Below, one piece after another: positions 1 through 9,621 of a stretch of 64,000 bases of DNA. The notes under the pieces are model-generated. The model did not search any database. It saw only the letters and a program-made list of their open reading frames with translations, and had not been told where the DNA came from. The position numbers and the translations under genes are program-made. The stretch lies in IMG/VR virus record IMGVR_UViG_3300018428_005148, positions 36,651-100,650 of that record; one strand, 5' to 3'. The stretch is from a virus. The number at the start of each line of letters is the position of its first letter. Within the stretch, counting starts at the first letter, position 1.

Positions 1-476
1 TGTTGGATGTCTTTGTTTATAAGCCATCTATAAAAACAATTCTTATCGTAACTCGCTAAAGGATCATCGAGGCCGAATGATGTCGTGCCTATGGTTTGTT
101 GGTAAACATCGGGATTGGCATGATAGTTGATGTCTTTGAAATCACGCAGGTATTTAATTTTATGCATCTGTTGTTTGAAGGCTTCTGTTGGTACCAGCAT
201 TATGTTTCCTTCCTCGTTCAACCCTGCCATGGGATGACTTGCGTACCAGACATGTATTTGTGAATTTTCATGCTGTTCAGGAATGTAATCTAAATCAAAG
301 TCTTTCGACAAGTCTACAAAGTTTGCAAAAAACCAAAAGTATTCTGTGTTCACATCTTCGACAACCGCTTTGAGTATTTCAAAGTAACTGCCAACAAAAG
401 GCACTACCCTGGTGTTGGCGAATGGGCTAGGATGGTGCTTTGCGTTTTTAAATCTTACCTGTACACTGTCAAACAT
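1..476 (-). CDS. Glycosyltransferase-like hypothetical protein, truncated at the window edge
   Basis: Hand-translated, not in the ORF track: ATG at 476, MFDSVQVRFKNAKHHPSPFANTRVVPFVGSYFEILKAVVEDVNTEYFWFFANFVDLSKDFDLDYIPEQHENSQIHVW..., open to base 1. It overlaps the DegT stop. The TEYFW...DLDY...IHVW pattern resembles the 12311-13207 protein. Confidence 0.6.
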   Translation of the reverse strand, partial: MFDSVQVRFKNAKHHPSPFANTRVVPFVGSYFEILKAVVEDVNTEYFWFFANFVDLSKDFDLDYIPEQHENSQIHVWYASHPMAGLNEEGNIMLVPTEAFKQQMHKIKYLRDFKDINYHANPDVYQQTIGTTSFGLDDPLASYDKNCFYRWLINKDIQ

Positions 477-1527
477 TGTAAAACTTCTTTATTATCTTGC
501 ATACAAGGTCTACTTCAGACTTTTTCATAAAAGGATAAATTGGTAGGCTGAGAGACCGCCTACAAATACTTTCTGCTACTGGATATGAATTCTTAATATC
601 AAGTGTGTGTTCATAGTGTATTTTAGTTTCTACTCCGTTTTCCGCCAAATACCTACGCAGATCATCTCTTTTGTCAACTTGAATGACACACTTGTGATAA
701 CTGCTGGTATGTCTTACGTCTGACTCTATAAATGTCAACTGCGGCAAGTTATTTTTGTACCTCTCAAATATTTGTTTCCTGTGCTTTTGCAGTCTATCAA
801 AACGAGATAAAAGGAAAAGAAGTTGGTTTGCATGATCGTCTGAAAGTAGACTATTGTAACCATAGCTCAGACTGGTTCCGAATCCATGTCGCCTTAGGCT
901 TAACAAAATTTTATAATAATCTTCGTTATCTGTGAGGATCGCTCCACCTCCACCAAAACTTGGCATGTTCTTCATAGGGTCAAAACTAAAGATACTCAAA
1001 TCACCTAGTGTTCCAGACTGCTTTTTAAGGTAAGTTGATCCCTGTGATTGTGCGGCATCTTCAATCAGCACTGTGCCTCTTTTAGAACATATCTTGCTTA
1101 GGCTTTCGTATTCGGCAACGTTGCCGTAAAGGTTGACGTAAATCAAAGCCTTAGGCATACTCATATTGCTTATTTTAAGAGCATCTATGTTGCCTCTGTT
1201 GTCCGTGTCTATGTACTCGATGTGAGCCCCTGTCCTTTTTATCGCACCACTAGTTGCGACATAACTGAGGGCAGGACAAACCACTGTGTCGTTGTGGGTG
1301 ACACCTGCACACCTGAGGGCAAAGTATAAACCATCTGTTGCACTTGCAACCGCAACTGCATATTTCCTTTTGTATTTTTTTGCAAGTTCTTTTTCAAACT
1401 TTTCAAGGTATTGCCCCTGCAACACATTTCCAGTTGCCCATGCCTGCTTTGCCCTACGTGTCAGCCTCCAACTGTACTCCTTGTACAGCCTGTCGACACC
1501 ATTAAATTTTATTTTGAAGCCAGTCAT
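469..1527 (-). CDS. DegT/DnrJ/EryC1/StrS family PLP-dependent sugar aminotransferase
   Basis: Motifs AVAVASATDGL, VNLYGN, LIEDAAQSQG, SIFSFDPMKN (PLP lysine), GGGGAILTD, LSLPIYP. Confidence 0.92.
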   Translation of the reverse strand: MTGFKIKFNGVDRLYKEYSWRLTRRAKQAWATGNVLQGQYLEKFEKELAKKYKRKYAVAVASATDGLYFALRCAGVTHNDTVVCPALSYVATSGAIKRTGAHIEYIDTDNRGNIDALKISNMSMPKALIYVNLYGNVAEYESLSKICSKRGTVLIEDAAQSQGSTYLKKQSGTLGDLSIFSFDPMKNMPSFGGGGAILTDNEDYYKILLSLRRHGFGTSLSYGYNSLLSDDHANQLLFLLSRFDRLQKHRKQIFERYKNNLPQLTFIESDVRHTSSYHKCVIQVDKRDDLRRYLAENGVETKIHYEHTLDIKNSYPVAESICRRSLSLPIYPFMKKSEVDLVCKIIKKFYNV

Positions 1528-2452
1528 AATAATTTTTAAGTCCCTGCTCTAAGGTGAATTCAGGTTGGTATCCCAAGAGATCTTTTGCCCTGCTGATGTC
1601 AAGTGTGCCACGCATTGGATACAATTCATGATTTCCTATATCAACAATGTCTGAATCGCTACCTGTTATTTCCAATATCTTTTCTGCCAGAGTTCTAAGG
1701 CTACTAGCATTGCCGGCAGTAATGTTGAAACTAACATTGGCCACTGGCGACAGTGCTGAAAGTATTATCCCTCGTGCGGCATCTTGCCTATACGTAAAAT
1801 CAACTTTGTTTGCACCATTGTGTAATGTGATGTCTTTGCCTTTCATGGCCTTATCAAAGAACTTTGACACTACCCTGTCTGGCATGTCCCCCGGACCATA
1901 CACACCGCTGGGTCGCACTATGTTGTAATTCAATCCCGACCGTTTTGCAAACAATTTGACCATTCTTTCACCAGTAAGTTTTGCCTCACCATAGATATTT
2001 TTGGGTTTAGTTTTTCCGTCCTCTTTGGTTCCATCAGCAAAGTCACCATAGACCATGCTACTGCTGACATAGACAATTTTTTTGACTCCAAACTTTTCAC
2101 AGTGCCATAGCAAGTTTGTAGTGGTGTTGATCACTTTCGGTACTCCTACAATAGGATCTGCGTCGACTATCTTTGCCCTAGGATAGGTTGCAAGATGGAT
2201 TACAATGTCTGGATTGTATGAAAACGCCTTAAGGCAAACTAACCTGTCCAAAATATCACCACGTATGTAGGAAACTTTCTTTTGATCCCAATTCCTGGTC
2301 CGCCATTCATATAACTTACGAAGTTGTTCATTGGTCATGATATCGTAGTTGTCTTCGTTGTCCACCACAGTGATGCTGTGGTTATCCTCACATAACATCT
2401 CAACTATCTTGGATCCTATAAATCCTTTTCCACCTGTTATAAGTATTTTCAT
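1502..2452 (-). CDS. NAD-dependent NDP-sugar epimerase/dehydratase (extended SDR)
   Basis: MKILITGGKGFIGS Rossmann motif, SSSMVYG, YGEAK (YxxxK), VYGPG, DFTY. Start moved to ATG 2452, which forms a TAATG overlap with the upstream stop. Confidence 0.92.
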   Translation of the reverse strand: MKILITGGKGFIGSKIVEMLCEDNHSITVVDNEDNYDIMTNEQLRKLYEWRTRNWDQKKVSYIRGDILDRLVCLKAFSYNPDIVIHLATYPRAKIVDADPIVGVPKVINTTTNLLWHCEKFGVKKIVYVSSSMVYGDFADGTKEDGKTKPKNIYGEAKLTGERMVKLFAKRSGLNYNIVRPSGVYGPGDMPDRVVSKFFDKAMKGKDITLHNGANKVDFTYRQDAARGIILSALSPVANVSFNITAGNASSLRTLAEKILEITGSDSDIVDIGNHELYPMRGTLDISRAKDLLGYQPEFTLEQGLKNYYDWLQNKI

Positions 2453-2634
2453 TAAAATTTCTTTGTAACTCCAAGTTTTGGTTGTGTAACACAATTTTTT
2501 GCCTTGTCTATGATTTCCTGACTCATAGTTTTTTGTTCTTGAACTTTGTCGATTTTCTCAGATCCAGGAATACAGTTGGCATGCGGCTTAAAACCACAAG
2601 CAGTTATCAAGACAAAAAGAAGCAAATATCTCAT
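2452..2634 (-). CDS. Small putative lipoprotein (60 aa)
   Basis: MRYLLLFVLITAC: basic residue, hydrophobic stretch, lipobox-like Cys. Overlaps both neighbours. Confidence 0.55.
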   Translation of the reverse strand: MRYLLLFVLITACGFKPHANCIPGSEKIDKVQEQKTMSQEIIDKAKNCVTQPKLGVTKKF

Positions 2635-4097
2635 CCTAATACCTTGACCCCATACTTGTTGGTAAATGCTTTACCATCCTCCCTGTCATTCACTATCGGT
2701 TGCCCTTTTATGTTGAGACTGGTGTTGAGAAGTATGGGGCAACCAGTCTGTCGTTTCCATTCTGTTAGCAGTGCGTGAAACCCCGGATTGTCAGTTTTCC
2801 GCACGGTTTGTACCCTAGAAGTGTGATCATGATGTATTATGGCAGGGAAGTCTTTACCATGCGTACACGCCGCTGTATATTGCATATAAGGGGTGTTTTT
2901 GACTCCTTTAGGTAGGGTAAAATAGTCATTTACATCCTCCTCTAATATGGCTGGGGCGAACGGTCTGAACTTCTGTCTCTTCTTGATTGCATTTACCATG
3001 TCCTTGATGTCCTCACCCCTAGGGTCCGCTAGTAATGATCTATTACCAAGTGCCCTCGGACCAAATTCCGCTCTACCGCTCGCAACTCCCACCATCTTGT
3101 TTTCCTTCAATTCCTTGATAAGTGCGTCCACAGGATACTCACCGTCTATCTCTGTGCCCAGGAACGGGTGTTGCCAATCTATGAATCTCTTCTCGTGTGC
3201 GGCTATGCAACCAACACTTGATCCCGCGTCTCCGGGATTTGGTATTATCCAGATGTTGTCAAACAATCCCATGTTGGCCAACACCCTGTTCGCGGCACAA
3301 TTCAGTGCCACACCGCCCGCATACACAAGGTTGCGTGATCCGTAACTGCTGGCCCTGTGCCACAAGTCTGCGAGGCATTCTTCTGTGACTGCCTGTATGC
3401 TGGCCGCTATGTCCATCACGTCCGCTTCTGGATGCCAGTCTCCGAGGCCCCTGTGTAGGTTCTGTTTGAGTTTGAAAGGTGCTTGTTCAACGAAGTCTTC
3501 ATATATGTCCTGTTTGTATTTTGGCTCGCCGTACGCGGCCATGCCCATGAGGATGTACTCCTCTTCCGCTGGTTTGAGACCACAACGGTGTGTGAATGCC
3601 GAATACAGTATGCCCAGGCTGTGTGGATACCTGATTGTTTCCTTACGTTCGATGTTCCTTCCACGAGCGGTTGAAATACTGGCAGTGTCCCATTCGCCTA
3701 TCGCGTCCACTGTTAGTATCGTTGCCTCACGGAATGGTGACGTGAAGTATCCCGCCGCCGCGTGTGAGTCATGGTGCAACACGTACTCGTCTATCCTGAT
3801 GTGGAACTGGTCAAGGTGCCACTGAGGCATCTCTGACTGTGCGAATGCTTCTCTGTACTGACCCGCGTAGAACTGTCTTGTCTTCTTGAGCAATGGTTTC
3901 TCGTAGTACACCACCTTTTTGAATGGTCCGTATTTGTTTGCTTCGTTGACTATACCCCAGTTGAGGTAGTGGTCATTTTTTACCTTGGAATAGCGTTCCG
4001 AGTGAGCGGCCCATAGTATCCGGCCAACACCCGCTTGGAACTCTATGACCGCCATGGCGGCATCGTGATTCATGCAGTTAATTCCCAGTATTCTCAT
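2631..4097 (-). CDS. Carbamoyltransferase, NodU/CmcH/TobZ family
   Basis: NHDAA, ERYSKVK, HHDSHAA, DAIGE, GGVALNC, PNPGDAG, EFGPRALGNRS, RPFAP, LLNTSLN. Confidence 0.93.
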   Translation of the reverse strand: MRILGINCMNHDAAMAVIEFQAGVGRILWAAHSERYSKVKNDHYLNWGIVNEANKYGPFKKVVYYEKPLLKKTRQFYAGQYREAFAQSEMPQWHLDQFHIRIDEYVLHHDSHAAAGYFTSPFREATILTVDAIGEWDTASISTARGRNIERKETIRYPHSLGILYSAFTHRCGLKPAEEEYILMGMAAYGEPKYKQDIYEDFVEQAPFKLKQNLHRGLGDWHPEADVMDIAASIQAVTEECLADLWHRASSYGSRNLVYAGGVALNCAANRVLANMGLFDNIWIIPNPGDAGSSVGCIAAHEKRFIDWQHPFLGTEIDGEYPVDALIKELKENKMVGVASGRAEFGPRALGNRSLLADPRGEDIKDMVNAIKKRQKFRPFAPAILEEDVNDYFTLPKGVKNTPYMQYTAACTHGKDFPAIIHHDHTSRVQTVRKTDNPGFHALLTEWKRQTGCPILLNTSLNIKGQPIVNDREDGKAFTNKYGVKVLG

Positions 4098-4245
4098 CTT
4101 CCTCCTTGTGCCAACCCATGTCCTCTATGTTTTCACTACTGCAACTTGGACAAACATACCATTCGTTCGTTGTATCATCTTTTTCTAAGTCGTTGGCAAC
4201 ACCCTTCCATTTACAATCATAACAGAAGAAGTTCCACCATGTCAT
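4078..4245 (-). CDS. Small zinc-ribbon protein (55 aa)
   Basis: Hand-translated, below the ORF-track cutoff: MTWWNFFCYDCKWKGVANDLEKDDTTNEWYVCPSCSSENIEDMGWHKEEDENTGN. Two CxxC pairs; ATGA overlap with the upstream gene. Confidence 0.7.
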   Translation of the reverse strand: MTWWNFFCYDCKWKGVANDLEKDDTTNEWYVCPSCSSENIEDMGWHKEEDENTGN

Positions 4246-4886
4246 TTTATTTTGAAGAACCCTTTCGCCTTTTCAAGTGCAGTCTCCCACTCCTCCAGCG
4301 TGATGTCGTACTCAAAATTTTGTGTGGTCTCGTTGACTTTTAATTCTTTCGCTCCATTCTTGATGTGGAATCTCCTAGCCATGTCTGTGAGTGGTGACAA
4401 CGTGATTAGCCTGTTGAGGTGATTGGACTTCTTGATCATCTTGTATACCTCATTCACTATTGCTTTACCACCACCTTTCTTCTTTGCCCATACCGTGTAT
4501 GCTATCGCAATAGATCCCTGCACGCCTGCACGGTGTACTGCCTTGAGTGCGGCATCGTAACTCATCCTGTCCATTTCTTCAACAGTTTTTGGCACTTCAT
4601 CTGTGAATGCGAAACACATGATCGCCGCAATATCGCCAACGTCATCCTTCAGACCATAAATCTTCCTACCGTACGTCTGCCTGAATGCCAGGTCTAATTC
4701 TGGTCTCACTGGATCCTCGGCACAATCTATGTATGGCATTTCAACGAGTTCATATTTGGATTCTTTGATCTGCTGTTTTGTGTATGACTGCAACTTGGTA
4801 AATTTTTCCATAAGATTTTTGATAGAAGGATGGCCTTTCCATTCCTCTAGTTTCTGCACCAGTTTGTCCTTGTTAAGAATTTCCAT
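4242..4886 (-). CDS. Conserved hypothetical protein, possible GNAT-like fold
   Basis: AIAYTVWAKKKGGGK and LITLSPLTDMARRFHIKNGA resemble GNAT motifs A and B. Confidence 0.5.
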   Translation of the reverse strand: MEILNKDKLVQKLEEWKGHPSIKNLMEKFTKLQSYTKQQIKESKYELVEMPYIDCAEDPVRPELDLAFRQTYGRKIYGLKDDVGDIAAIMCFAFTDEVPKTVEEMDRMSYDAALKAVHRAGVQGSIAIAYTVWAKKKGGGKAIVNEVYKMIKKSNHLNRLITLSPLTDMARRFHIKNGAKELKVNETTQNFEYDITLEEWETALEKAKGFFKIK

Positions 4887-4887
4887 T

Positions 4888-4992
4888 TTATTTGTATATG
4901 AAAGGGTCTTTTTTCTTCAATTCTTTAAGTCTTTTCCTATAAGCAATCTCATTTTTGATCTTGCTTATAATTTTTTTTATCCAATTGAACAT
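4888..4992 (-). CDS. Small basic peptide (34 aa) ending KDPFIYK
   Basis: Hand-translated: MFNWIKKIISKIKNEIAYRKRLKELKKKDPFIYK. GGAGG RBS, TAATG coupling to the upstream gene, fills the intergenic gap. Confidence 0.7.
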   Translation of the reverse strand: MFNWIKKIISKIKNEIAYRKRLKELKKKDPFIYK

Positions 4993-5777
4993 TATTTTCC
5001 TCCTGTTATTTCTGTAAATCTCTGTTTCATTAACATTATAGCATCTTGGTGTGCTTTGTCTAGTGGATGGGTAACCCCGCGGGGATAATCATTCAGCAGA
5101 GCCCATTGATTGAATCCCATCATCCTTTCCCCAAAAGAAAACCACTTGGTAAAGTCAATTTCCGAGTATAGTTTTTTTAGAAATCCATCTTGGTCGGCGT
5201 GTAATTTGTGTTCATGGTAAAACAGGCTGTTGTCAGCAAGTGTAAACATGTAAGGAATATTCTTCTTTTCGAGAATGTGTTGCAACCATATGATGCTCTT
5301 CCAACTTAGGTAAATTTCGTGATATTCGTTGGCCGCGTTTCGGTAAAGGGAATCCACGAAAGGTTGTATGCCCGTGTCTGCCAACAATCTTGATCTTCTT
5401 TTTTGCTGTTCTAGTTGTGGTTCGGAACCTGTTAGTGCCTGATGTCTCTGGTCTGCAAACATGTTGGTGTCCCATGGTGACAATGACGCCCATCTTGTCT
5501 GCTCCAACTGTGAATTCCTAGGAAAGGCCCAATCATATCTCGAGAGAAAACTCCACATGACGACAACACACCGGACTTCCGGGTCCTGGGCCACCTGTTC
5601 AAATACACGCCTCGCTATGCCACTGTTACCAGATCCCGCCCTGGCTGTGCATACATATTGGCTATCACCCTTGAGTCCGTAGGCCCATGTCTTTTGTGAT
5701 GGTGTTTTACCCTCATTGTCATCACTGAGCTCGTGTCCAAATGTGAAACTACAACCGCCTGATACAAATTTATTCAT
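4992..5777 (-). CDS. SGNH/GDSL-like hydrolase or acyltransferase
   Basis: N-terminal GCSFTFG (GDS-like block), GSGN, C-terminal THP...H. Confidence 0.6.
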   Translation of the reverse strand: MNKFVSGGCSFTFGHELSDDNEGKTPSQKTWAYGLKGDSQYVCTARAGSGNSGIARRVFEQVAQDPEVRCVVVMWSFLSRYDWAFPRNSQLEQTRWASLSPWDTNMFADQRHQALTGSEPQLEQQKRRSRLLADTGIQPFVDSLYRNAANEYHEIYLSWKSIIWLQHILEKKNIPYMFTLADNSLFYHEHKLHADQDGFLKKLYSEIDFTKWFSFGERMMGFNQWALLNDYPRGVTHPLDKAHQDAIMLMKQRFTEITGGK

Positions 5778-6951
5778 ATATTTTCAAAACTTTATTTAAA
5801 AGTGGAAAAACCTCACTGAAATTTTCATTGCGATACTGATCGGTCTGGAGAATTCTTTCTTTTCTCCTTTGTCGAATCTCCACATTGTCTCTTTCAGAGG
5901 CATTCATGTACCGTAGCGAAGGTTGGAAGTCTGTAAGCATGTGGTACCTTGTGTTTATGATGTCCTTGACCTGTTTTGGCAAGGTCTGTATGTTGAAAAC
6001 GTCTGGATCAAAACAGGTGTTTACGTAGAAGAACTTGGGTTGGTACTGCGCCACCCACAAGGCAATCTTGGCCCAGTTGAATACGTTGAATATACTGACT
6101 GTCGTGCATATTTGAAAGTCCATGTTGTCAGTCTTGCGTTCCTTAAACTTGACAAGGTTTGCACTTACTTCACGCCAGTTGGCTGGATGCCTCTGGTATT
6201 CAAACGCCTGACCTATGTCATCAATGCTAAATGCTATCTCGACGTTCTTGAAGTACGCCCAAAGGTCGAATATCTCCTGCGGTGGCAGTTGTGTACCATT
6301 TGTGTTGTAATGTATGTCTATGTTCTTTGCGTAACCCTTCTCCACACAGTGCATTAGGATTTTGAAGTGGTCTTTGATCATGAACGGCTCGCCTCCCGTG
6401 AACTCGAAATATTCCACATGCCTGAGATCATCTTTTAAGTCTTCAAAGAACTGCGGATTGCGTTTTGGCCAGCCACCCTCCCGAAGTTGTTTCCGTGCGA
6501 CAGGGTTATCTCCGCCCTTCGCTAATTCGTAGTCAATTTCCTCCTGGGCCCATTTTGAAGAACTCCAGGAACCACATATCCTGCACTTGAGATTACAGAC
6601 GTTGCCTAACTTAAAATCAATGAACTTTAAAGATGGCTCGCTATTAGGTGTCCAGTCTTTGAGGCTTCTCGACATCTTGTACAAACTATTTTGCCTCTTT
6701 GACGTCTTTCCTGCGTCCTCCTCTGCCCAACAGTTGCTACAACCCGAGGGCCTTTCTCCATTACGGAACTGCTGTCTAAGGTTTTCCATGTACTCGCTGT
6801 GCTGTATGCTTTTAAGGCTTTGTTCATATACCTTGACGTTGGGTATGCTACCTTTGAAGAGACAGCATGGAGATGCACCTCCGTTTACATCAACCTCTAG
6901 GTGCGTCCAAGGCAATGCACATACGTTCGATCCTATATACTTGTCCACCAT
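5770..6951 (-). CDS. Radical SAM protein with N-terminal SPASM/twitch-like domain
   Basis: CNLKCRIC, FTGGEP, YNTNGT, SIDD; N-terminal CALPW...PCC...CSNC. Confidence 0.9.
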   Translation of the reverse strand: MVDKYIGSNVCALPWTHLEVDVNGGASPCCLFKGSIPNVKVYEQSLKSIQHSEYMENLRQQFRNGERPSGCSNCWAEEDAGKTSKRQNSLYKMSRSLKDWTPNSEPSLKFIDFKLGNVCNLKCRICGSWSSSKWAQEEIDYELAKGGDNPVARKQLREGGWPKRNPQFFEDLKDDLRHVEYFEFTGGEPFMIKDHFKILMHCVEKGYAKNIDIHYNTNGTQLPPQEIFDLWAYFKNVEIAFSIDDIGQAFEYQRHPANWREVSANLVKFKERKTDNMDFQICTTVSIFNVFNWAKIALWVAQYQPKFFYVNTCFDPDVFNIQTLPKQVKDIINTRYHMLTDFQPSLRYMNASERDNVEIRQRRKERILQTDQYRNENFSEVFPLLNKVLKIYE

Positions 6952-8342
6952 TCCAAAGCCTTTTTGTTTTTTGAAAGTATTTTTTTTATGTCTGTGCCTC
7001 TTATGGAGTCAAGCCTCTCGATTTCTTTCTTTCCAAATTTCTGCCCATTTGTGTATTGTTCTCCTTCGTAAACTAGTTCGTTATTCCTTTTTTGTTCTAG
7101 CATAGTAGCAAGTTGGTCAAAGAATGGTTTTGTCTTTTGGTTTTTATATTTGGATGTCTTGTGTAATACATCCTCTATCATGTCTTTCATAATGTCATAC
7201 GGCATAAACAACGGAGCCATTGCATTGTCTGGAGTGAAGTTAAACACTTGTTTTGTCAGCAACCCTAAATTTCCCAAATCCACAGACATCTTCACCATGT
7301 TTTCTAAGTCGAACAGTCCTGGAAGTGTGATCGTAAGGTCGAGGTCGATGGTCTTTGTAGCACCGTCTGTGTAAGGTAGGCCTTCTTTGATGTTGGCTAG
7401 CCATTCATCGAACTTCAAGCCAGTCCTGATGTACTCGCCTATCTCACCTGTGCCGTCTATCGACGCACATATTTGAAATTTAGGGAAGTGTTTTAGTATG
7501 TCGGCAAAGAGATGCTGATCATAATAGGTTATACGACTCATGTTTGAATTGTATCTTGCAAGTACCTGATCTTGGTAACCTAAATCCACTATCCTTTTCA
7601 TTGCCTCCCAATGTATCTTCCACATCAATGGTTCACCCCCGCACCAGTAAATCTCTGTGATTCTTTTATCCTCAACAGCCTCAACAAATTCTTTCACAAC
7701 TTGGGTGTCATGGAATTTCTGTAACTGCTCTTTGACGTCTTTACGACCCCATATGGCCCAGTCGTCGTAATGGCCTCGGCCGTGCCTTTTGTTTTCAGTC
7801 TCCCAACTACTGGATAACATGTCACCACACATTCTGCAACTGAAATTACAGAGATTCGAAAACCTGTAATCGAAACTTTGAACTTTCATAGTAGTTGCAC
7901 CAGTATCATCAGTGGAAGCATATGCCTCGTCAATTTGGTTCCTGTAGTATTGGTTGAAATGATTCCTGTAAACAGAGTCATTAAGAAGTTTGTGATTGCA
8001 GACTGCACACTGCGGTATTTCCTCACCGGCCAGCAACTTTAATCTCACTGACTTCATGTAATCTGAATTCCAATGTTGTTCTAGGGTCGTCAAGTTAATC
8101 TCCCCCGTTGGGCGATTCTTTTCGTCCATGGGTATGGTGTCTATGTATTGCTTGAAGTTGTGTGAATTCTCCCTCGAACTACAACAAAGTCGCCTTTCAA
8201 TTTGCGGACTGAGGTAGGTGTGCGTCCATGGCGCCATGCAGAAAGTTTTGTTTCCATCTTTTGGTTTTATCCTTTTATTCATATTCGTCAACGTTCCTTG
8301 CCTGGGCCATCTCTCGTCGGCTGTTGGAAATCTATCTGTCAT
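6933..8342 (-). CDS. Radical SAM protein with N-terminal SPASM/twitch-like domain
   Basis: CNFSCRMC, CGGEP, SIDG; N-terminal CMAPW...LCC...CAVC. Confidence 0.9.
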   Translation of the reverse strand: MTDRFPTADERWPRQGTLTNMNKRIKPKDGNKTFCMAPWTHTYLSPQIERRLCCSSRENSHNFKQYIDTIPMDEKNRPTGEINLTTLEQHWNSDYMKSVRLKLLAGEEIPQCAVCNHKLLNDSVYRNHFNQYYRNQIDEAYASTDDTGATTMKVQSFDYRFSNLCNFSCRMCGDMLSSSWETENKRHGRGHYDDWAIWGRKDVKEQLQKFHDTQVVKEFVEAVEDKRITEIYWCGGEPLMWKIHWEAMKRIVDLGYQDQVLARYNSNMSRITYYDQHLFADILKHFPKFQICASIDGTGEIGEYIRTGLKFDEWLANIKEGLPYTDGATKTIDLDLTITLPGLFDLENMVKMSVDLGNLGLLTKQVFNFTPDNAMAPLFMPYDIMKDMIEDVLHKTSKYKNQKTKPFFDQLATMLEQKRNNELVYEGEQYTNGQKFGKKEIERLDSIRGTDIKKILSKNKKALEWWTSI

Positions 8343-9621
8343 ACTTCTCAAACAGTTCGGTCCATTCTGGGAACACTTCTTTTGTGTTTTCAGTCCTTAT
8401 GTTGTCGTACTTCTTAGTATTTTCAAAAAACAATGGCAGATGCTTTTGGTTGTCAGTTTTATTCATCCAATTGATAGCAGACTCAAATCCTTTTGTTGCC
8501 CTAGTAAGGGGATCTTTATCAGACAACCAAGAAAGGTGATCCTTGTATTTGTTTTCTATCTGTTGTTTGTATTCTGGCGGTAGTATGTCTATCCGTTGCC
8601 ATATAGGATGTTGCAAAAGGTTGAAATTGAAATCTTGCGGCTTGATCAAACCCTGTTCTGCCCAATTCTTGTGAAAGTCACAAACGTGCAGTGCGTTGAG
8701 AAGTCCCACTGTTGAACTGATATAAAAATCAACTTTGGGACAAACTTCAATCATACGTTTCCTGTTTGCCAAAGTTTCTTCCCATATCGTGCCTTTACGC
8801 ATGAGTTCGGCCCTGGGTCCTTCTGCATCGAGGCTGGCTCCAACACTGACACTATCAAACTTATTCCATAATTCAAAAACATCAATATCTTTGAAAGTAG
8901 ACCTGCTGAAATTAGTGTTATAAATTAGACGCACATGATACATTTTCCTTTTATCTAATTCTTTCAATATGCGATAGTGCTCCTCCATAATAATCGGCTC
9001 GCCACCTGCAAAATAGAATTGCTCGGCATGATCGAAAGACTCAAGCATCTGTTCCCAAAGATCATCTGTGCTTCGGCCAACCTTCATGATTTTTGCATGT
9101 GGTGGTGGGGCACCTGTAAGTTTTTTATGATCCTCGTACCAGTTAGAGCTGAACCACGTGCCACAACTCCTGCAGGCCATGTTGCACAAATTAGAAAATC
9201 TTATGTCCCAATATTTCATCACGAAGTCTGCCGTGCCATCATCCTGTGTGCTGTCCACAAGTCCTATGTTGTGTCCGAAGTGCTTGTTTGAACTAAGGCG
9301 TAGACTGAAAAAACCTGACTTTTCTTGATCATAGCATTTTACACAGCCACGTGATTTTTGATTGTTCAACATCCTCACACGCATTTGCTTCATTTTTTCA
9401 CCATTGAAGACTTCCTTTAGACTCTGCTTGTTGAGATCTCCCACGGGGTAGGGATCAAATGCGAAACAACATGGATATGCTCTTCCATCAGGATACGCAT
9501 GTAAGTGCATCCATGGAAGCATACAGAAAGTGTCGCTTTCGAGCAACAACTCCTTTTGCCTCGGAGTCATGTCCTTGATTTTAATTTTTTCGGGCTCTTT
9601 GGCCCCGTACTCATATGCCAC
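8332..9621 (-). CDS. Radical SAM protein with N-terminal SPASM/twitch-like domain
   Basis: CNMACRSC, FAGGEP, YNTN, SLD; N-terminal CMLPW...PCC...CVKC. Confidence 0.9.
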   Translation of the reverse strand: MAYEYGAKEPEKIKIKDMTPRQKELLLESDTFCMLPWMHLHAYPDGRAYPCCFAFDPYPVGDLNKQSLKEVFNGEKMKQMRVRMLNNQKSRGCVKCYDQEKSGFFSLRLSSNKHFGHNIGLVDSTQDDGTADFVMKYWDIRFSNLCNMACRSCGTWFSSNWYEDHKKLTGAPPPHAKIMKVGRSTDDLWEQMLESFDHAEQFYFAGGEPIIMEEHYRILKELDKRKMYHVRLIYNTNFSRSTFKDIDVFELWNKFDSVSVGASLDAEGPRAELMRKGTIWEETLANRKRMIEVCPKVDFYISSTVGLLNALHVCDFHKNWAEQGLIKPQDFNFNLLQHPIWQRIDILPPEYKQQIENKYKDHLSWLSDKDPLTRATKGFESAINWMNKTDNQKHLPLFFENTKKYDNIRTENTKEVFPEWTELFEKYDR

